Positions 24,076-37,023 of a stretch of DNA of 64,000 bases are shown in pieces. Below the pieces are notes generated by a model. It was not told the DNA's origin. It did no database searches and saw only the letters and a program-made list of their open reading frames with translations. A program made the translations under genes and the position numbers. Numbering within the stretch: position 1 is the first letter of the stretch; each line of letters starts with the position of its first letter. Source of the DNA: Bilabrum cf. latius (Eukaryota); assembly GCA_965178125.1 (NCBI GenBank), contig OZ237753.1, positions 992,001-1,056,000 of the forward strand. Reading direction: 5' to 3'.

Positions 24076-27000
24076 CCCATGGCGGACGAGGGCGAGGGCG
24101 AGGGCGAGGTAGGTGGTGAAGACATGCGCCAGGCTGCAGCCAGGCCCGTGGCCTCCATTGCGCCTAGGGCCCGGGCTATCCTCGCCGCGGACGATGCGTC
24201 TGCTGCAGAGGCCCGCACGCTGAGGGCACATCTGGATGGCCTGCGCGACGATAAGCCGCAAGGAAGTGGGGAGCTCAGCAGTGGTGACGGCGGCGCGATG
24301 GTGGACGAGCACGCTGCCGCTGCATACTCAGAAGGGGCTGGGGGCGCATCGGTCGAGCTCGACAACGCGATGAGCGCGAGCACCAGCACAGGCGGGCCGG
24401 GCGAGCATGACGTGGCGCACATCAAGAAACAGATGGAGCTGCGGGGCCAGCTCCAGGAGCTGGGCGAGGTGATTGCCGCGAAGCAGCGGCTGCTTGAGGC
24501 CAGCCAGGCCCAGCTGGGGCCTGGCGCTCGGGAGGACGAGTTCCAGCAGCTGTCGGAGGAGTTCAAGGCGGCTATGCAGCAGCGGGAGGAGGAGGTGGCG
24601 GCGCTGGAGGCCAAGTGCAGGGCACTTGCCGAGGAGCTGCGGGCGCACAACGAGGAGGCATCCAAGAGCAAGGCGGACGCGGCACAGGAGCAGCTACTCA
24701 AGAAGAAGGACCAGCAGCTGACCGAGCTGAGGGGCCGGATCCGGTCGCTGCAGGAGGAGATGAAGCAGGCCCAGCGCGAGCACCGCGCCAAGGAGAGGAG
24801 CGTCCAGCGGGTGTCTTTGCTGCAGCGGGAGATCGAGGACCACAAGAGGCACAGGGCGCAGCTGGACAAGAAGATGGGAGAGACAGCCCGCAAGTACCGG
24901 GAGGAGAAACAGCGCATGCACAGGGAGGCGGCACAGGCGGCCAAGCGGGAGCGCCAGCGCGCCCTGGAGCTGAGCAAGGCCCGGGCCGCGCTGCAGCAGA
25001 AGGAGAGGGCGCTTGAGGCCGCGAGGCAGAGGGAGCGAGCGCACAAGAAGCAGGACGACCTTATGAGGAAGAAGAGGGAGCACGTGCAAAGCGCCAGAGC
25101 GGCATCGGCTGCGGCATCGGGAGCGAGGGGAGGCCGCGCATTCGCTGTGCCCAGGTCCGGGTCCAGGGTGGCAGGCGACGGCTTCGCTTTGCCCAGGACC
25201 CGGGGCGGCAGGGAGCGGGGCACGAGCTCCAACGAGCTGCCCGACCTGGCAAGGGATACTAGCGGCCTGGAGGGGGGCGCAGCGGCTCTTGTGGAGGAGT
25301 GTCTGCGAGACGCGGAGGGTCAAGGCCAGGGGCAGGGATACGGGGCCTCCTCGGACGGCGGCCTGGAGGGCATCGACCTGGGGCAGGACGGGGAGAAGGC
25401 GCTGCCGGTGGCTTCCCGCGCCCTGGACTCGCACTCGCAGTCGATCGTGCGGCGGGCTCTCTACTACCGGGCGCAGGCGACCGTGTGGCTGCGGCGGGCC
25501 GAGGCCTGGGTGCAGGAGAGGGCGAGGCTGGCGCGGGAGGTGGACGAGCTGGGCAAGCGGGCCATGCGGGCCATGGAGGGAGACGGTGGGGCAGCGGGTG
25601 TGCCAGATGGGGGGGAAAGTGGCGAGTCGAGCTGCGCGGTGCTGTCGCAGGCGATCGAGGAGCGTAAGCGCAAGATGGTATCATTGACGCTGCAGATCCA
25701 GGACGCGCAGGCCCACCGGCAGCACTTCCACGGGCTGTGCGAAGAGGAGGGGCTCGTGGGAGACGGCTGGATCCGGAGGGTGCTGGCAGAGAACAAGCTG
25801 CCCCGCAGGATCGCACGCACTGTGGGGTCTCGGCTGCTGCGATGGTTCGCCACAATGGTGGTCACCATGAACCTCAGGCTGTTTGCAGCGCTGGGAGAGG
25901 TCGATGGTGCCGACGGGGCTCGCCGTGATGGTGGGGGGGAGCAGGAGCAGGGGCGGGCGGCGTCGGGGCCCACGGCTGCGGCGCGGCTAAAGAGCCGCAT
26001 CACCGAGCTCGAGAGCACTCTGGAAACAGAGCGTGCAGCGGGCAGGCGGGTGCAGTGGAAGCTGCAGCAGCAGCACGCCATGGCGCAGCACGATGACGCG
26101 GAGACCATCGCGGCTCTGCGGCTGTAGCTGAACCAGGCAGAAGCTCAGGCAGTGGGAGCTGGTGAGGGGGCAGAAGGAGGGGAGACTGACGGGGCGAGCG
26201 GTCCCTCTCAGGCTGGCGGCGCCGCCAGCGGTGCCTCAGGGGATGGCGAGGCGGCAGCGCGCAAGGAGGCGGCCCGGCTGCGTCTGGCCTTCGCCCGCAT
26301 GCAGCGGCGCATGGCCAGGGACCTGGAGGCCGCGCGGGAGCGGACAGACCGAGCGGAGGAGGACAGTGGGCGGGTGCAGGAGCTGGAGGCGCACGTGCAG
26401 GAGCTAGAGGAGAGGCTAGCCGAGGCTCGGCGCAGCGCACGCCTCGCCTCTGCCCCTCGCACGCTGAGCAAGATTCCCCGGAGCGCGTCCAGAGCGGAGG
26501 GGGACGAAGAGGAGCGGCAGCAGGGGCGCGGGTTGGCGGGAGGTGCCGTGGCTCGGGCCATCTTTGGGGAAGGGGCTACATCCACCTCGAGCACAGGTGC
26601 AGCGGCTGCAGGGGCCCAGCCGGCCATGAGTGGCAATGGAGGAGGGGAGGCCGATGGCGGCGAGGGCGACGCTGACATGGAAGGCGAGGAGGAGGGGCCA
26701 GAGGGCGAGAGCTTCATCGTCGATGTGGAGGCGGGGACGGAGGGGGGGGCTGCCGCTGCATCATCGATTGCTTCTCTCAGTCCTGGGAGCAAGAGACGAC
26801 GGGAGCAGATCGAGGAGGAGGAAGCCGAGAGCGGTGAGTCTTCCAATGCCACCACGCCCAGGATGCGAGCTATCAGCGGACAGGAGGAGGAAGAGGCGCC
26901 TGGGTCAGGCGGATTGGGGCGCTACATTCGCACCACTTCGGACGATGATGTTGGGCCTGCAGCGTTAGCCAAGCGCGAGGGTGCCAGGCGTGCATCTGTG

Positions 27001-28245
27001 CCTGCCGCAACTCGCATCGGGGGCAACGCAAGCGCCTCCAAATTGTCAGCGGACGGGCCTGCCGAGCCTGCCAGCAAGCTGAGGCGTGTGATGACTGGTC
27101 TCTCGCGCCAGGTGTCCGACCTTTCGGACAAGGCAGGCAGCAAGGCAGAGCCAGCCACGATGCTGGCGAATGGTGGGGTTGAGGAGGACTCGGACGAGGA
27201 CTCGGACGAGGAGGAAGAGGACGAATACGTGGATGCAACGAACGGGGGCTTCGAGCAGGCCAAGGAGCAGCACGAGAAGGAGAAGGAGCTGCACGACGCA
27301 TCTGCAATGGCGGAGCGACTCAGGGGCAAGAGCATCTACGGCATGAAGCGGGCAGCGTTTGGTTCTTCCGTGCGAAGGGATGCGCCCGTCGACCATGCCA
27401 AGCGGGTGGATGAGAGGAGGCGCGTGTTGCGGCAGTCGGTCCGGCAGCGGTCAGGGTCGGCAGAGGAGGGGCGTCTGGGCGAAGGGGCGGCTGCAGCAGG
27501 CGGCGTTGAAGCGACAGGCGAGCAGCATCGGCTTGCGGCGCGCAGGAGGCGACGGCAACGGGCAGGCATGGATCCCAGCAAGCTAGCAGCGGCGCAATCT
27601 GCGGTGGATGCTGCCAGGGGCGTTGCATCGGGGCTTGCCAGCAGGCCACCGAGGGCGGGTGCGGGCGCGCCTCAATCGCAGGGCGCAGCACCTCCCGCCC
27701 CAGTGTCGGCCCAGGTGGACTTGTCTGACATGGTCGGAGAGATTCCTCTGCACCCTGAGGATGAGGTGAGTGCCGATTCCGGGCCCGGGCAGGCAAGCAG
27801 CAGCAGCAGTGCAGCATCCTCGTCGTCATCCTCGTCCCAGGCAGGTGCTCCCCAGGGCAAGGCAAGGTTTAGGGCGCACATGCGGATGGATCCGGAGAAG
27901 AGACGCGCGAAGCGGCGGAAGAGCTCGATGGCTAGGTTGATCGAGACTGCGGATACTCAAGGGGCAGGGTCTGCCGCAGGCGAGAGTTCGGAATTCGCGG
28001 CGCCGGGCACACCCACAGCGAGAAGGAAGCGAGCTGCGGCACTCAGGGCGGCCGATGGGAACCAGGCAGCGGCGTCCGGTAGCAAGCGCAGGGCCCGGTC
28101 GGTCGACACGCCCGGTGCCAGCGAGAAGAAGAAGAGCGCGACTGGTGCAGCAAGTGGTCGGCGCGCATCCGGAGTGGGAATGGCAGGGCACCGGAGGGCC
28201 AGGACGAGAGGGGGTGCAATGCAAAGGGGTGGTCAGAGGGGGTAA
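21775..28245 (+). CDS. kinesin-4 family motor (KIF4/KIF21/KIF27-like) with long coiled coil and disordered tail
   Basis: ATG 21775; probable 123-nt intron 21931-22053 (GTGAG..CAG). P-loop AYGQTGAGKTYTMG, SSRSHAVFT, LVDLAGSER, SPADSSFEETLNTLRYA..IENKPVVNADP. In-frame TAGs at 22738 (motor-domain loop between switch I and II) and 26125; ends TAA 28243-28245. Confidence 0.9.
24043..24075 (+). repeat. (GGCTCG)n hexamer repeat encoding Gly-Ser
   Basis: About five tandem GGCTCG units within the kinesin stalk. Confidence 0.7.
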
Positions 28246-28424
28246 GGGTGCTAGCTGAGGCGCAGTTTGTACCTATTGAAACAATCATCTTACTAATTGT
28301 TCATCCACTCGGTACAGTGTCACGTGAGTATATGGGGAAATCGCACCGTAAAAATAGCCGCTGAGTTCCCGTCCCTGCAAGCTGCACGCGAGGAGACACG
28401 GTCCGCCCCAACAGCCCGTCCCCA

Positions 28425-31400
28425 TTAGGTAGTTGACGTCCCTTGCCCAAACGAGTCCGCCGAGCTACTGGAGTCGAGCCAGTCCACTCGCTGGACCCCG
28501 GAGGTTTGCGGTGGCCCTGTCTGCGTGCCTTCATGCGTGTACGAACCGCCTGCTAGCTGCTGTACAGACGATCGCCCTGTGGCTGTCATGGATGACCCCG
28601 CAGTGCCACTGCTGCTGTCGCTCTCTAGCATACTGCGAGCCAGCCGTTTGGACCGTGGGCTTGCAGATCTTCGGCCCGCACCCGAGGCCTCCTCGTCTGG
28701 CCGGCTCTCTTGGGGTGGACCTCTGTCCAGTGTGCTCTGCTGCAGCTCGGAGCCTTCGGCAAAGCCCATTGGGCGCAGCAATCGAGTCCCCACGGGGGAC
28801 ATCAAGTCGTGACCGTGGTCCTTTGCCCGCAAAACATCAGTCTGAAAAGACTTGGGGGCGACCACATGCCCATCTGCGCCCCCATCGGCCGGTTTCTGAC
28901 TTGCTGTCCCCTAGGACCGATCTGAAGACGACTGCGACAGAGATAAGCCGGACGGACTCGCAGGAACGGAGCCCAAGCCAGCTCGTTGGCCGTGCTTCGC
29001 CAGTCGCTGCACACGCAATGCTACCTCCAGCTGTGCAGCGCTGGACCCCTGAGCCAGCTCGCTAGCGATGGTCCTCCGGCGCACGCTTGAGTTTGCGTCA
29101 AGTGCGCCGAGGGCTGCGGGTGGAGGCGCCGTCGCGAAGTCGTTCTCCAGGTACCCACGACCTGCAGGGCGCCATGTGCCAGCATCTTCCTGGCTTGCGT
29201 GTCGCCTGGCGTCCAGCAAGCTCGCCCTCATCCGCTGCCGGATCTCTGCAGGTGACGAGGCTCGCATCGAGCCGGTGGTACGCTGCCTCTGAGAGAGCAA
29301 GCTCGTAGCTGCGCGATCGCTTTCATTTGGCTGTGCACGGTGCCTCGAGATGTCGTCGTCGCTGACACGGGAAATTTTGTTCCTAGGAAAAGCTGGGGCT
29401 CGGGCTGCGTCTTGGCCCAAGCTGCCCGAGCTGGACTCGGTGGATTCACCGCTCCACGTCGCTGCCACCTGGTGCCCGCGGACCACGGTGACCTCAGAGT
29501 CCTCCAGGTCACGGCGCGCCGCCTGCAGCCACCGCTGTGCCTCTTCCATATCCAGACCACCGCTACCGCGCTGCGGTCGATCCCCCCTTTGCACCCGACT
29601 AGGCCATGCCGACGAGGCCAGAACTCCCCTGGAACCGCCCGGCCTAGATCTTTGCATCACCGAAGCTGAACTCTTCTTTGGTGCGTTGATAGGGTCGTCC
29701 CCATCTGCTCGCAGTATAGGCTAAGTGGACTAGTGAGTAGCTTGCTGGTACCCCGACCCGCTGGCCAAAGCTTCGTCAGCGTGTGTCTGGTCCTGTATCG
29801 GTTCATTTGCCTGCTCACTGGTCCTGGCATGATTTAGGGGATAAAACCGAACTCCGGCTGCACGCTCACGCACGGTAGGGGCCGCCCGGATGGATTGATC
29901 AGCTCCCCACCCCGCCCCACGACGATCGCTAGCAGGCCTGTCCATTGAAGCCGCTGCTGCCGCGATCCGCCTCTTCTACTACTATCGCTTTTGCACGGCA
30001 GCTTGCCACCGATGGAGTGCCCGCTTGGCTACCCCGCGGTAAACACCTGCTACAGCTGCTTCCATTTCGCTTCGACGGGCAGCAAGACTCCTTCCCCAGG
30101 CATCGAAGCTCCTGCGCAACACACTGGCAGCCCAGTGCCTCACAGCGGCCAGCTCAGCACGTCGCAACTGCGCCCTCTCTGCCGCAACAGACCCCCAGGC
30201 AAGCATGCACCGTCTGGCACGCACGCGCCTGCCCACTGTCCTTGCGCGCCACATCTGCACCCACCTTAGCAGGATCGCGCGAGCCCGCCGTCGCAAGATG
30301 TGGCGCGACCTCGCCTCGTCCTCCAAGCGGAGCTGCCGCCGCTACTGCACCGCCTCGACGAATGCCGGAAACGCCTTTTGCCGGAGCCGAACAGCCCAGA
30401 ATGCGATTGCCTTGTTTTGCTGTCGTCTGAGTCTGCGGGCAATCCCAGCGCGTCGCCTCCAGAGACCGAACGCTAAGGCCCGCGCGCATGTCCCTGCACT
30501 TCTGGCTTGGACATCCGTTGCACGCGAGCCATCGAGGACAACAGCGATCCGGCTAAGCATGAAGCGGGCGCCCAGCTGCCACACACGTGCGTTCGGGTCC
30601 TGCCGGGCCTCACCGTTCTCGCACTGCGCCACACTGCCGGACGATGAATCCGAGGATACAGCCGCAACGCGCAAGGCCTTGCTATACCAGGGCTCTGCCG
30701 CGCTGGATGCCTGATGCTCCTCAGCAGCCCACTGCCTCCACGGCTGGATGCAGGATCGAAGCAGGCGGAGGTGGCACAACCGCTCCATGTGCTTCACCCG
30801 GGTCATCGAGGTTGTTCTCTGCTTCCAAGCGAGGAACGCGAGTCTGCCCACTTTCCAACGGTACCTGTCGCCGAGCAGGGCACTCAGGCGGCGTCTGGCG
30901 ATTCGCAGTCGGGCCATCACGGTCCACTTGTGGACGCACCGTCGCAGGGCAGAGCTCTTGGCGTGTGCCCTTGCAAGCGCCGTGCGGGTTCGCGCCTGGC
31001 TGCTCTCGTGGGCGCTGCGAGCCCACTAAGCCATGCACGCCTGAGCGAGCTCTCGCTCTCGGTGTGCAACGCACCTCTTCCGGAGAGCGAGGTAGGTGGT
31101 CTGGCGCCGCCATGAAATCCATGCGCCGCGTTTGGCTCTTGCCGCAAGCCTGCCTTGCAGCACCAGCTCGCGTGAGTGCAGGGTTCGCTTTCGATGCAGC
31201 TCGCCTCGCCACACCTGCATGGACCCTGCCAGCGCGCCTCGCCTCGTCCTGGTAGAGAGAACAGCGGAGGCCCTCGCCCTGTCTAGCACGCGAGCGGATG
31301 CACCATCGGCGAGGGCACGCAACGCACGGGCCTGCAGGCGCATGCGGCCCCGGAACGCCATCTAGAGCGCCAGAGCAGCGGCGGTCTTCTGGTCAGCCGC

Positions 31401-34400
31401 CCCCTTGCTCCACGCTCGCATCGCAAGGCGGAGGGACTCGAGGCGCTGGCGACTTGCGCGTGCACGCACTTCCCGACGAGATCGCACGAACCGCACCATC
31501 GAGGCCCACGTCGCGCGCACCCGAGCCAGTCGGAATGCCCGCCGCACCGATAGGACAACGAGGCGAAACGAAGAGGAACGGCGCGCGGCACGGCCCCAAG
31601 CTCGGAGAGCGCCGTGAGCTGCGCGAGTGGCCCAGAACGAGTCTGCCCGCTACTGCAAGGCTCGAGTCTCGTTCATGCTAAAGACCCGCCGCGACCATCG
31701 ATGAATACCGCGCCTGGCCAGCAGCACTGCTCGCATTCTGGTGGCCACTGCATCTCTGTGCCGCTCCAGTCGAGCATCTGAGGCAGCCACCGCCCAAGCA
31801 TGGAGATGATTCCTCGTACGACGGGCCCTGACGCGCATCTCCAGGACATCAGCTGCACCTTGTGCTCGACGCCCGCGGCGGGCTGCCTCTCCCAGCAAAG
31901 CCAGCGCCTTGCGCAGCACGGTGCGGTGGTGCCTGCGTGAAGCAGCCCGCAGCGCAGCACGCCTGGCTTGCGATTCTACCCGGCAGCGAAGCAGAGACAG
32001 CAGCCCGCGGCGCAAACGGAGTCGAACCCGAAGCGAGTCGGCCACCCGCTCCAGCGCAGTGCACCTGGCCTGTTCTCGCGCAGCTTGCAGCCACCCGTGC
32101 AGCGCTGACGAGGCCAGTCGCCTGGCCCTGAACACGATGGCGGCAGCCTCCTGCCTGGCTTCGTGAAGCACTTGCTCAGCACTGGCTGACCACCGCTGGA
32201 TAGCAGCTCGCAGCACGACTCGATGCATGGCCGCGCATATGCACCTCAGCGCCGCCCTTCGCTCCCTCTGCATCCTGGTGCCTGCCCTCAGCGCCGCCAG
32301 CGCACCGGCGAGGGCAGATCGCTCCCGCTGCGACGAGATTCGCGCGATGCCGGCCCGGACCGCCGCAGTATTTCTCCAAGCCTGTCTCCACCTACGCAGC
32401 GTGTGCCGTGCCCTCCTCCTGACCGCTGCTCGCGCTACTGCTCTGGCAGCCTCACGCACCTCCCGCTGTCTGGCCGCGCCTTCAGCCCAGCCCTTGATGG
32501 CCCACCGCCCCAGTCGCAGTGCAGCAAGCGCCCTCGCAGAGGCGCAATTAACCCGGCGGCGGGCGTGTTCGCTGGCCCATTGCCTCCACGCAGACACGCC
32601 CCTGTGAAGGCCGCGCTTGCGGCGAAGCAGATCCGCGGCGTTGGCCCGCAGCCGGTTCATCCTGCGGCTCCTGGCAAAATTAGCCAACTGGCTCAGTCCT
32701 TGCTTCGCTTGCCTGCTTACATGGTGCTGTCTGGCTGTTTGCAATGCATGGCGCTGCAACAAGACATATCGTCCTGCCATGTGCATCCTGCGGAGAGCGT
32801 CGGATGCGAACCGCAATCGGCGCCTCGTCTCCAGCATCGCAGCGCACGATCGACATCGAGCCTCACGGTTGGCGGCGGCTTGCCATGCCCGCAGAATGGC
32901 CCGGCAATGGTACGATTCGTCGCAGTGCCGCAGCTTGGCCGTTGCTTCGACACGTGCTTGCTCCCTGCGGCCTGCCTCCTGTTTCCACGCTCGCAGGGCA
33001 CGTCTCGAGAGAGACACCCGCGCGAAATCAACTGCGGCACCGGCTTGCGCCCGCTCTAGTAGACGTGCTTCGGTTGCTTCACGCCACGCATACCAAGCCT
33101 TGCGTCTGCTCCTCATATCCACCGACTATCGAGCTCGTTGCTCCACCACCAGGAGCACGCGACGCCTCTCGAGAGCACTGCCCCACCTAGCAAGGGTCTC
33201 TCGCTGCAACCGACGACATGCCCGTGCCCGCACCACGCTAGCACAGGCACTGAGCTGCTTGGAGCGGACCGTAAATCGGCGCCACATCCGCCAGCTCCGA
33301 TGGCGCAGGCGCATCCGTCTCCATGCAGCAGCGGCCTGCAGTGCACGTGCAAGGCGAAGCCGGCTGTGGAACTGCTCCCGCCACGCTGTCCAGGCCGTGT
33401 CTTGCAGCGCCTGCCTCCGCAAGCGGGACACATGCATGCGGCTTATCCTCAGCTGTGCCTGCTTTCTGCTCGATGCATGCCAGTGCTGCATCGATTGCCT
33501 GACTCTCCGGGCCATAGACTCGACCCGCAGCTGCCGTTGCAGTCTGCACCACGTGGTGATGCGGCGCCAGCCAAGCTCCATGGCCCGCCTTCTTGCGAAT
33601 TCCTCCGCTCGAATACACAGGGTGCGTCGCATCCACCCATACCTGCGGATTCGTTCGGTCGCGAGGTGCATCTGAAGGCGTTGCGCCCCTCGTGTGAGCA
33701 GCGCAAAGCCCTATCGAAGCTTGCGCTAGCTGGCGATGTACCGCCACCATTGGTGAACAACCCGTCTCTGCCGGACTTTGTGCAAAAAGCAAGTCAAGCG
33801 CCCGGCCATTAATTCCGCTTGGCCGACTTGCTTGGCTCGGAGGGCTATAGCGCCGAAAGCGCGGCGGAGCAGAGGTCGAGTGAGCCCGCAGTGCACCAAT
33901 GCGCGGGCTCGCCTCATCTTCTGGGCTGCCCTGGACCATTGCTGAGCGCATGCCTTCCCAAGGCGGAGGACATGGAGTGTCCTGAGCCCCCGCACCTGCT
34001 GCTCCTGTCGAACCACATGCCTCCATGGAACCAGGATGGTTCGTTTTCGTCTTGCTCTCAGGCGGGCAGACAGCTCCAGCCCGAGCTCTTTCAGGCTCCT
34101 GGCTCGCCTCACAGAAGCCTCGAGCCCTGTCCATCCCAGCTCAAGCAGGCGCCGCCGCCTGAAAGATGTAGCAGCACGATGCGGCCTCTTAGTTTCGGCA
34201 AGAACTCGTGCTACGTGGTGCCAACGGCGTAGTACGACCCTTCCGAAAGCCTTCGCAGTCGACATCTGACCCACGTGATCACGCCAGGACAACAAGTACG
34301 ACCTGACTCTCTCTCGCTAGAATCGAGCATGCAGAGCCTGCTGCACCAATTCCATCACCGGCCCCTACACCTAAGGCACTGCAAAAGATACTCCTCGAAC

Positions 34401-36590
34401 TGCTCCCACAGGCATCATCCCGTCCGACCTGCCAGCCGTGCCTGCTCCCCCGCCCACTCCCACAGGCATCATCCCGTCCGACCTGCCAGCCGTGCCTGCT
34501 CCCCCGCCCACTCCCACAGGCATCACCCCGTCCGACCTGCCAGCCGTGCCTGCTCCCCCGCCCACTCCCACAGGCATCATCCCGTCCGACCTGCCAGCCG
34601 TGCCTGCTCCCCCGCCCACTCCCACAGGCATCATCCCGTCCGACCTGCCAGCCGTGCCTGCTCCCCCGCCCACTCCCACAGGCATCATCCCGTCCGACCT
34701 GCCAGCCGTGCCTGCTCCCCCGCCCACTCCCACAGGCATCATCCCGTCCGACCTGCCAGCCGTGCCTGCTCCCCCGCCCACTCCCACAGGCATCACCCCG
34801 TCCGACCTGCCAGCCGTGCCTGCTCCCCCGCCTACTCCCACAGGCATCATCCCGTCCGACCTGCCAGCCGTGCCTGCTCCCCCGCCCACTCCCACAGGCA
34901 TCATCCCGTCCGACCTGCCAGCCGTGCCTGCTCCCCCGCCCACTCCCACAGGCATCATCCCGTCCGACCTGCCAGCCGTGCCTGCTCCCCCGCCCACTCC
35001 CACAGGCATCATCCCGTCCGACCTGCCAGCCGTGCCTGCTCCCCCGCCCACTCCCACAGGCATCACCCCGTCCGACCTGCCAGCCGTGCCTGCTCCCCCG
35101 CCCACTCCCACAGGCATCATCCCGTCCGACCTGCCAGCCGTGCCTGCTCCCCCGCCCACTCCCACAGGCATCATCCCGTCCGACCTGCCAGCCGTGCCTG
35201 CTCCCCCGCCCACTCCCACAGGCATCACCCCGTCCGACCTGCCAGCCGTGCCTGCTCCCCCGCCCACTCCCACAGGCATCATCCCGTCCGACCTGCCAGC
35301 CGTGCCTGCTCCCCCGCCCACTCCCACAGGCATCATCCCGTCCGACCTGCCAGCCGTGCCTGCTCCCCCGCCCACTCCCACAGGCATCATCCCGTCCGAC
35401 CTGCCAGCCGTGCCTGCTCCCCCGCCCACTCCCACAGGCATCATCCCGTCCGACCTGCCAGCCGTGCCTGCTCCCCCGCCCACTCCCACAGGCATCATCC
35501 CGTCCGACCTGCCAGCCGTGCCTGCTCCCCCGCCCACTCCCACAGGCATCATCCCGTCCGACCTGCCAGCCGTGCCTGCTCCCCCGCCCACTCCCACAGG
35601 CATCATCCCGTCCGACCTGCCAGCCGTGCCTGCTCCCCCGCCCACTCCCACAGGCATCACCCCGTCCGACCTGCCAGCCGTGCCTGCTCCCCCGCCCACT
35701 CCCACAGGCATCATCCCGTCCGACCTGCCAGCCGTGCCTGCTCCCCCGCCCACTCCCACAGGCATCATCCCGTCCGACCTGCCAGCCGTGCCTGCTCCCC
35801 CGCCCACTCCCACAGGCATCATCCCGTCCGACCTGCCAGCCGTGCCTGCTCCCCCGCCCACTCCCACAGGCATCACCCCGTCCGACCTGCCAGCCGTGCC
35901 TGCTCCCCCGCCCACTCCCACAGGCATCATCCCGTCCGACCTGCCAGCCGTGCCTGCTCCCCCGCCCACTCCCACAGGCATCATCCCGTCCGACCTGCCA
36001 GCCGTGCCTGCTCCCCCGCCCACTCCCACAGGCATCATCCCGTCCGACCTGCCAGCCATGCTTGCACCTGCACCTTCAGGTGCCCCCACGCTGAAGTCTA
36101 CGTGCTGTATAGTATCAACTGCGGATCGTTCCATTCTGGTATTCGGATTTGATACGGGGATTGCCCTGGTGGGCTGATTTTGGTCACTCAACTGCAACGA
36201 CCGAAGGACATCGTGGCCCGTGTCTGCAACTAGCCTGGAGAGGTGCGCCTCAGGAGTATGCCCAAGCCCAACAGGTGTAGAATACACTTGAGTCCGCTGT
36301 GCAGTATCTTGATCGTAGCCGAGTGCCTGATATGCTGAGTCTCGAAGCGTTTCAGAGCGGCTGGCGTCGTACTTGCTTATGTGTTGAACCCCTGCACAGC
36401 TCCAGATGCCATGCAGGCTAATCGATGTTGTCATATTCTGCTTCGGAGATCTAGGAGAAGGGTGTTTGCTTGGGATTGTCAGCGCAGTGCGAAGTGCCAC
36501 TCTTGCCTGAATTGAGTCCCGTTGCCATCCTCTGTCTATGTCATCAATCAAATCTCCAAGTATTCCACCACTGCAAGGCGTGCCTTCCAT
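28425..36590 (-). CDS. SFI1-like centrin-binding repeat protein (~2700 aa) with an N-terminal 18-aa tandem repeat
   Basis: Eleven ORF-track fragments share one frame, joined by 16 TAGs (34371, 34365, 34317, 33726, 33711, 33126, 31650, 31362, 31026, 30342, 29982, 29979, 29976, 29730, 29721, 28911); TAA 28425-28427. Dozens of Arg/Ala-rich repeats of the form A..(F/H)....L.RRA(F/L)..W, typical of SFI1 repeats. First in-frame ATG at 36590; the 5' end is uncertain. Confidence 0.75.
34403..36057. repeat. 54-bp minisatellite, ~30.6 near-identical copies
   Basis: Unit ctcccacaggcatcatcccgtccgacctgccagccgtgcctgctcccccgccca. Variant catcaCccc in copies 3, 8, 13, 16, 24 and 28, plus one C>T near 34833. 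Encodes GRSDG(M/V)MPVGVGGGAGTA in the minus-strand gene frame. Confidence 0.97.
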
Positions 36591-37023
36591 AGCGCTGAAT
36601 GCACTCAGATTATTTGTATCATATTTACGCCCGTGCACCCGACGAATTTTACTCGATTCGAATCAGCAACTGCTTGAACGTGCATGTGATGAGTGCACCC
36701 GTTGGTCACAAAGTACTCCCTTCAAATGCACAAAATCAGATTGCGTCCCAAAGGCAACTCGGTTAATCCACAGGCGTACAGCTCATTTTGTGTAAATAGT
36801 AACGTATACTACAGCTAACTTAGTTTAGATAATCTGTATGAATGATTCAGGTTCCAATGGGAGGGGTGATGTGTCGCGAAGCATGCTAGAAACTGTGTTT
36901 GATCGTGAGATTGCTTCCGTCTGCGCAGCATTTGTAGATCCCGATACATTGGTACTGGCATCATTTTGTTGATATTTCTGTTTTGTAGGAGTTGGGGCGG
37001 AAGGAATATGCACGTTTCTAACC

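Noticed and set aside
23499-25232. Many long antisense or alternate-frame ORFs (e.g. 23499-25232 -, 53281-54609 +, 18110-19540 +)
   Set aside because: Shadow ORFs expected opposite GC-rich coding sequence; no recognisable motifs.
34275-36177. Plus-strand ORFs (625 aa His/Arg/Pro-rich and 579 aa Pro-rich), or a CRISPR array, at the 54-bp repeat
   Set aside because: The repeat unit has no plus-strand stops, so long ORFs are automatic, and they end close to the repeat. There are no unique spacers, so it is not CRISPR.
36838-36990. Upstream in-frame ORF suggesting TGA readthrough or an extra exon for the membrane protein
   Set aside because: Single TGA (36970). The candidate GT..AG introns I tried (37 and 55 nt) do not preserve frame, and there is no other evidence that TGA is sense.
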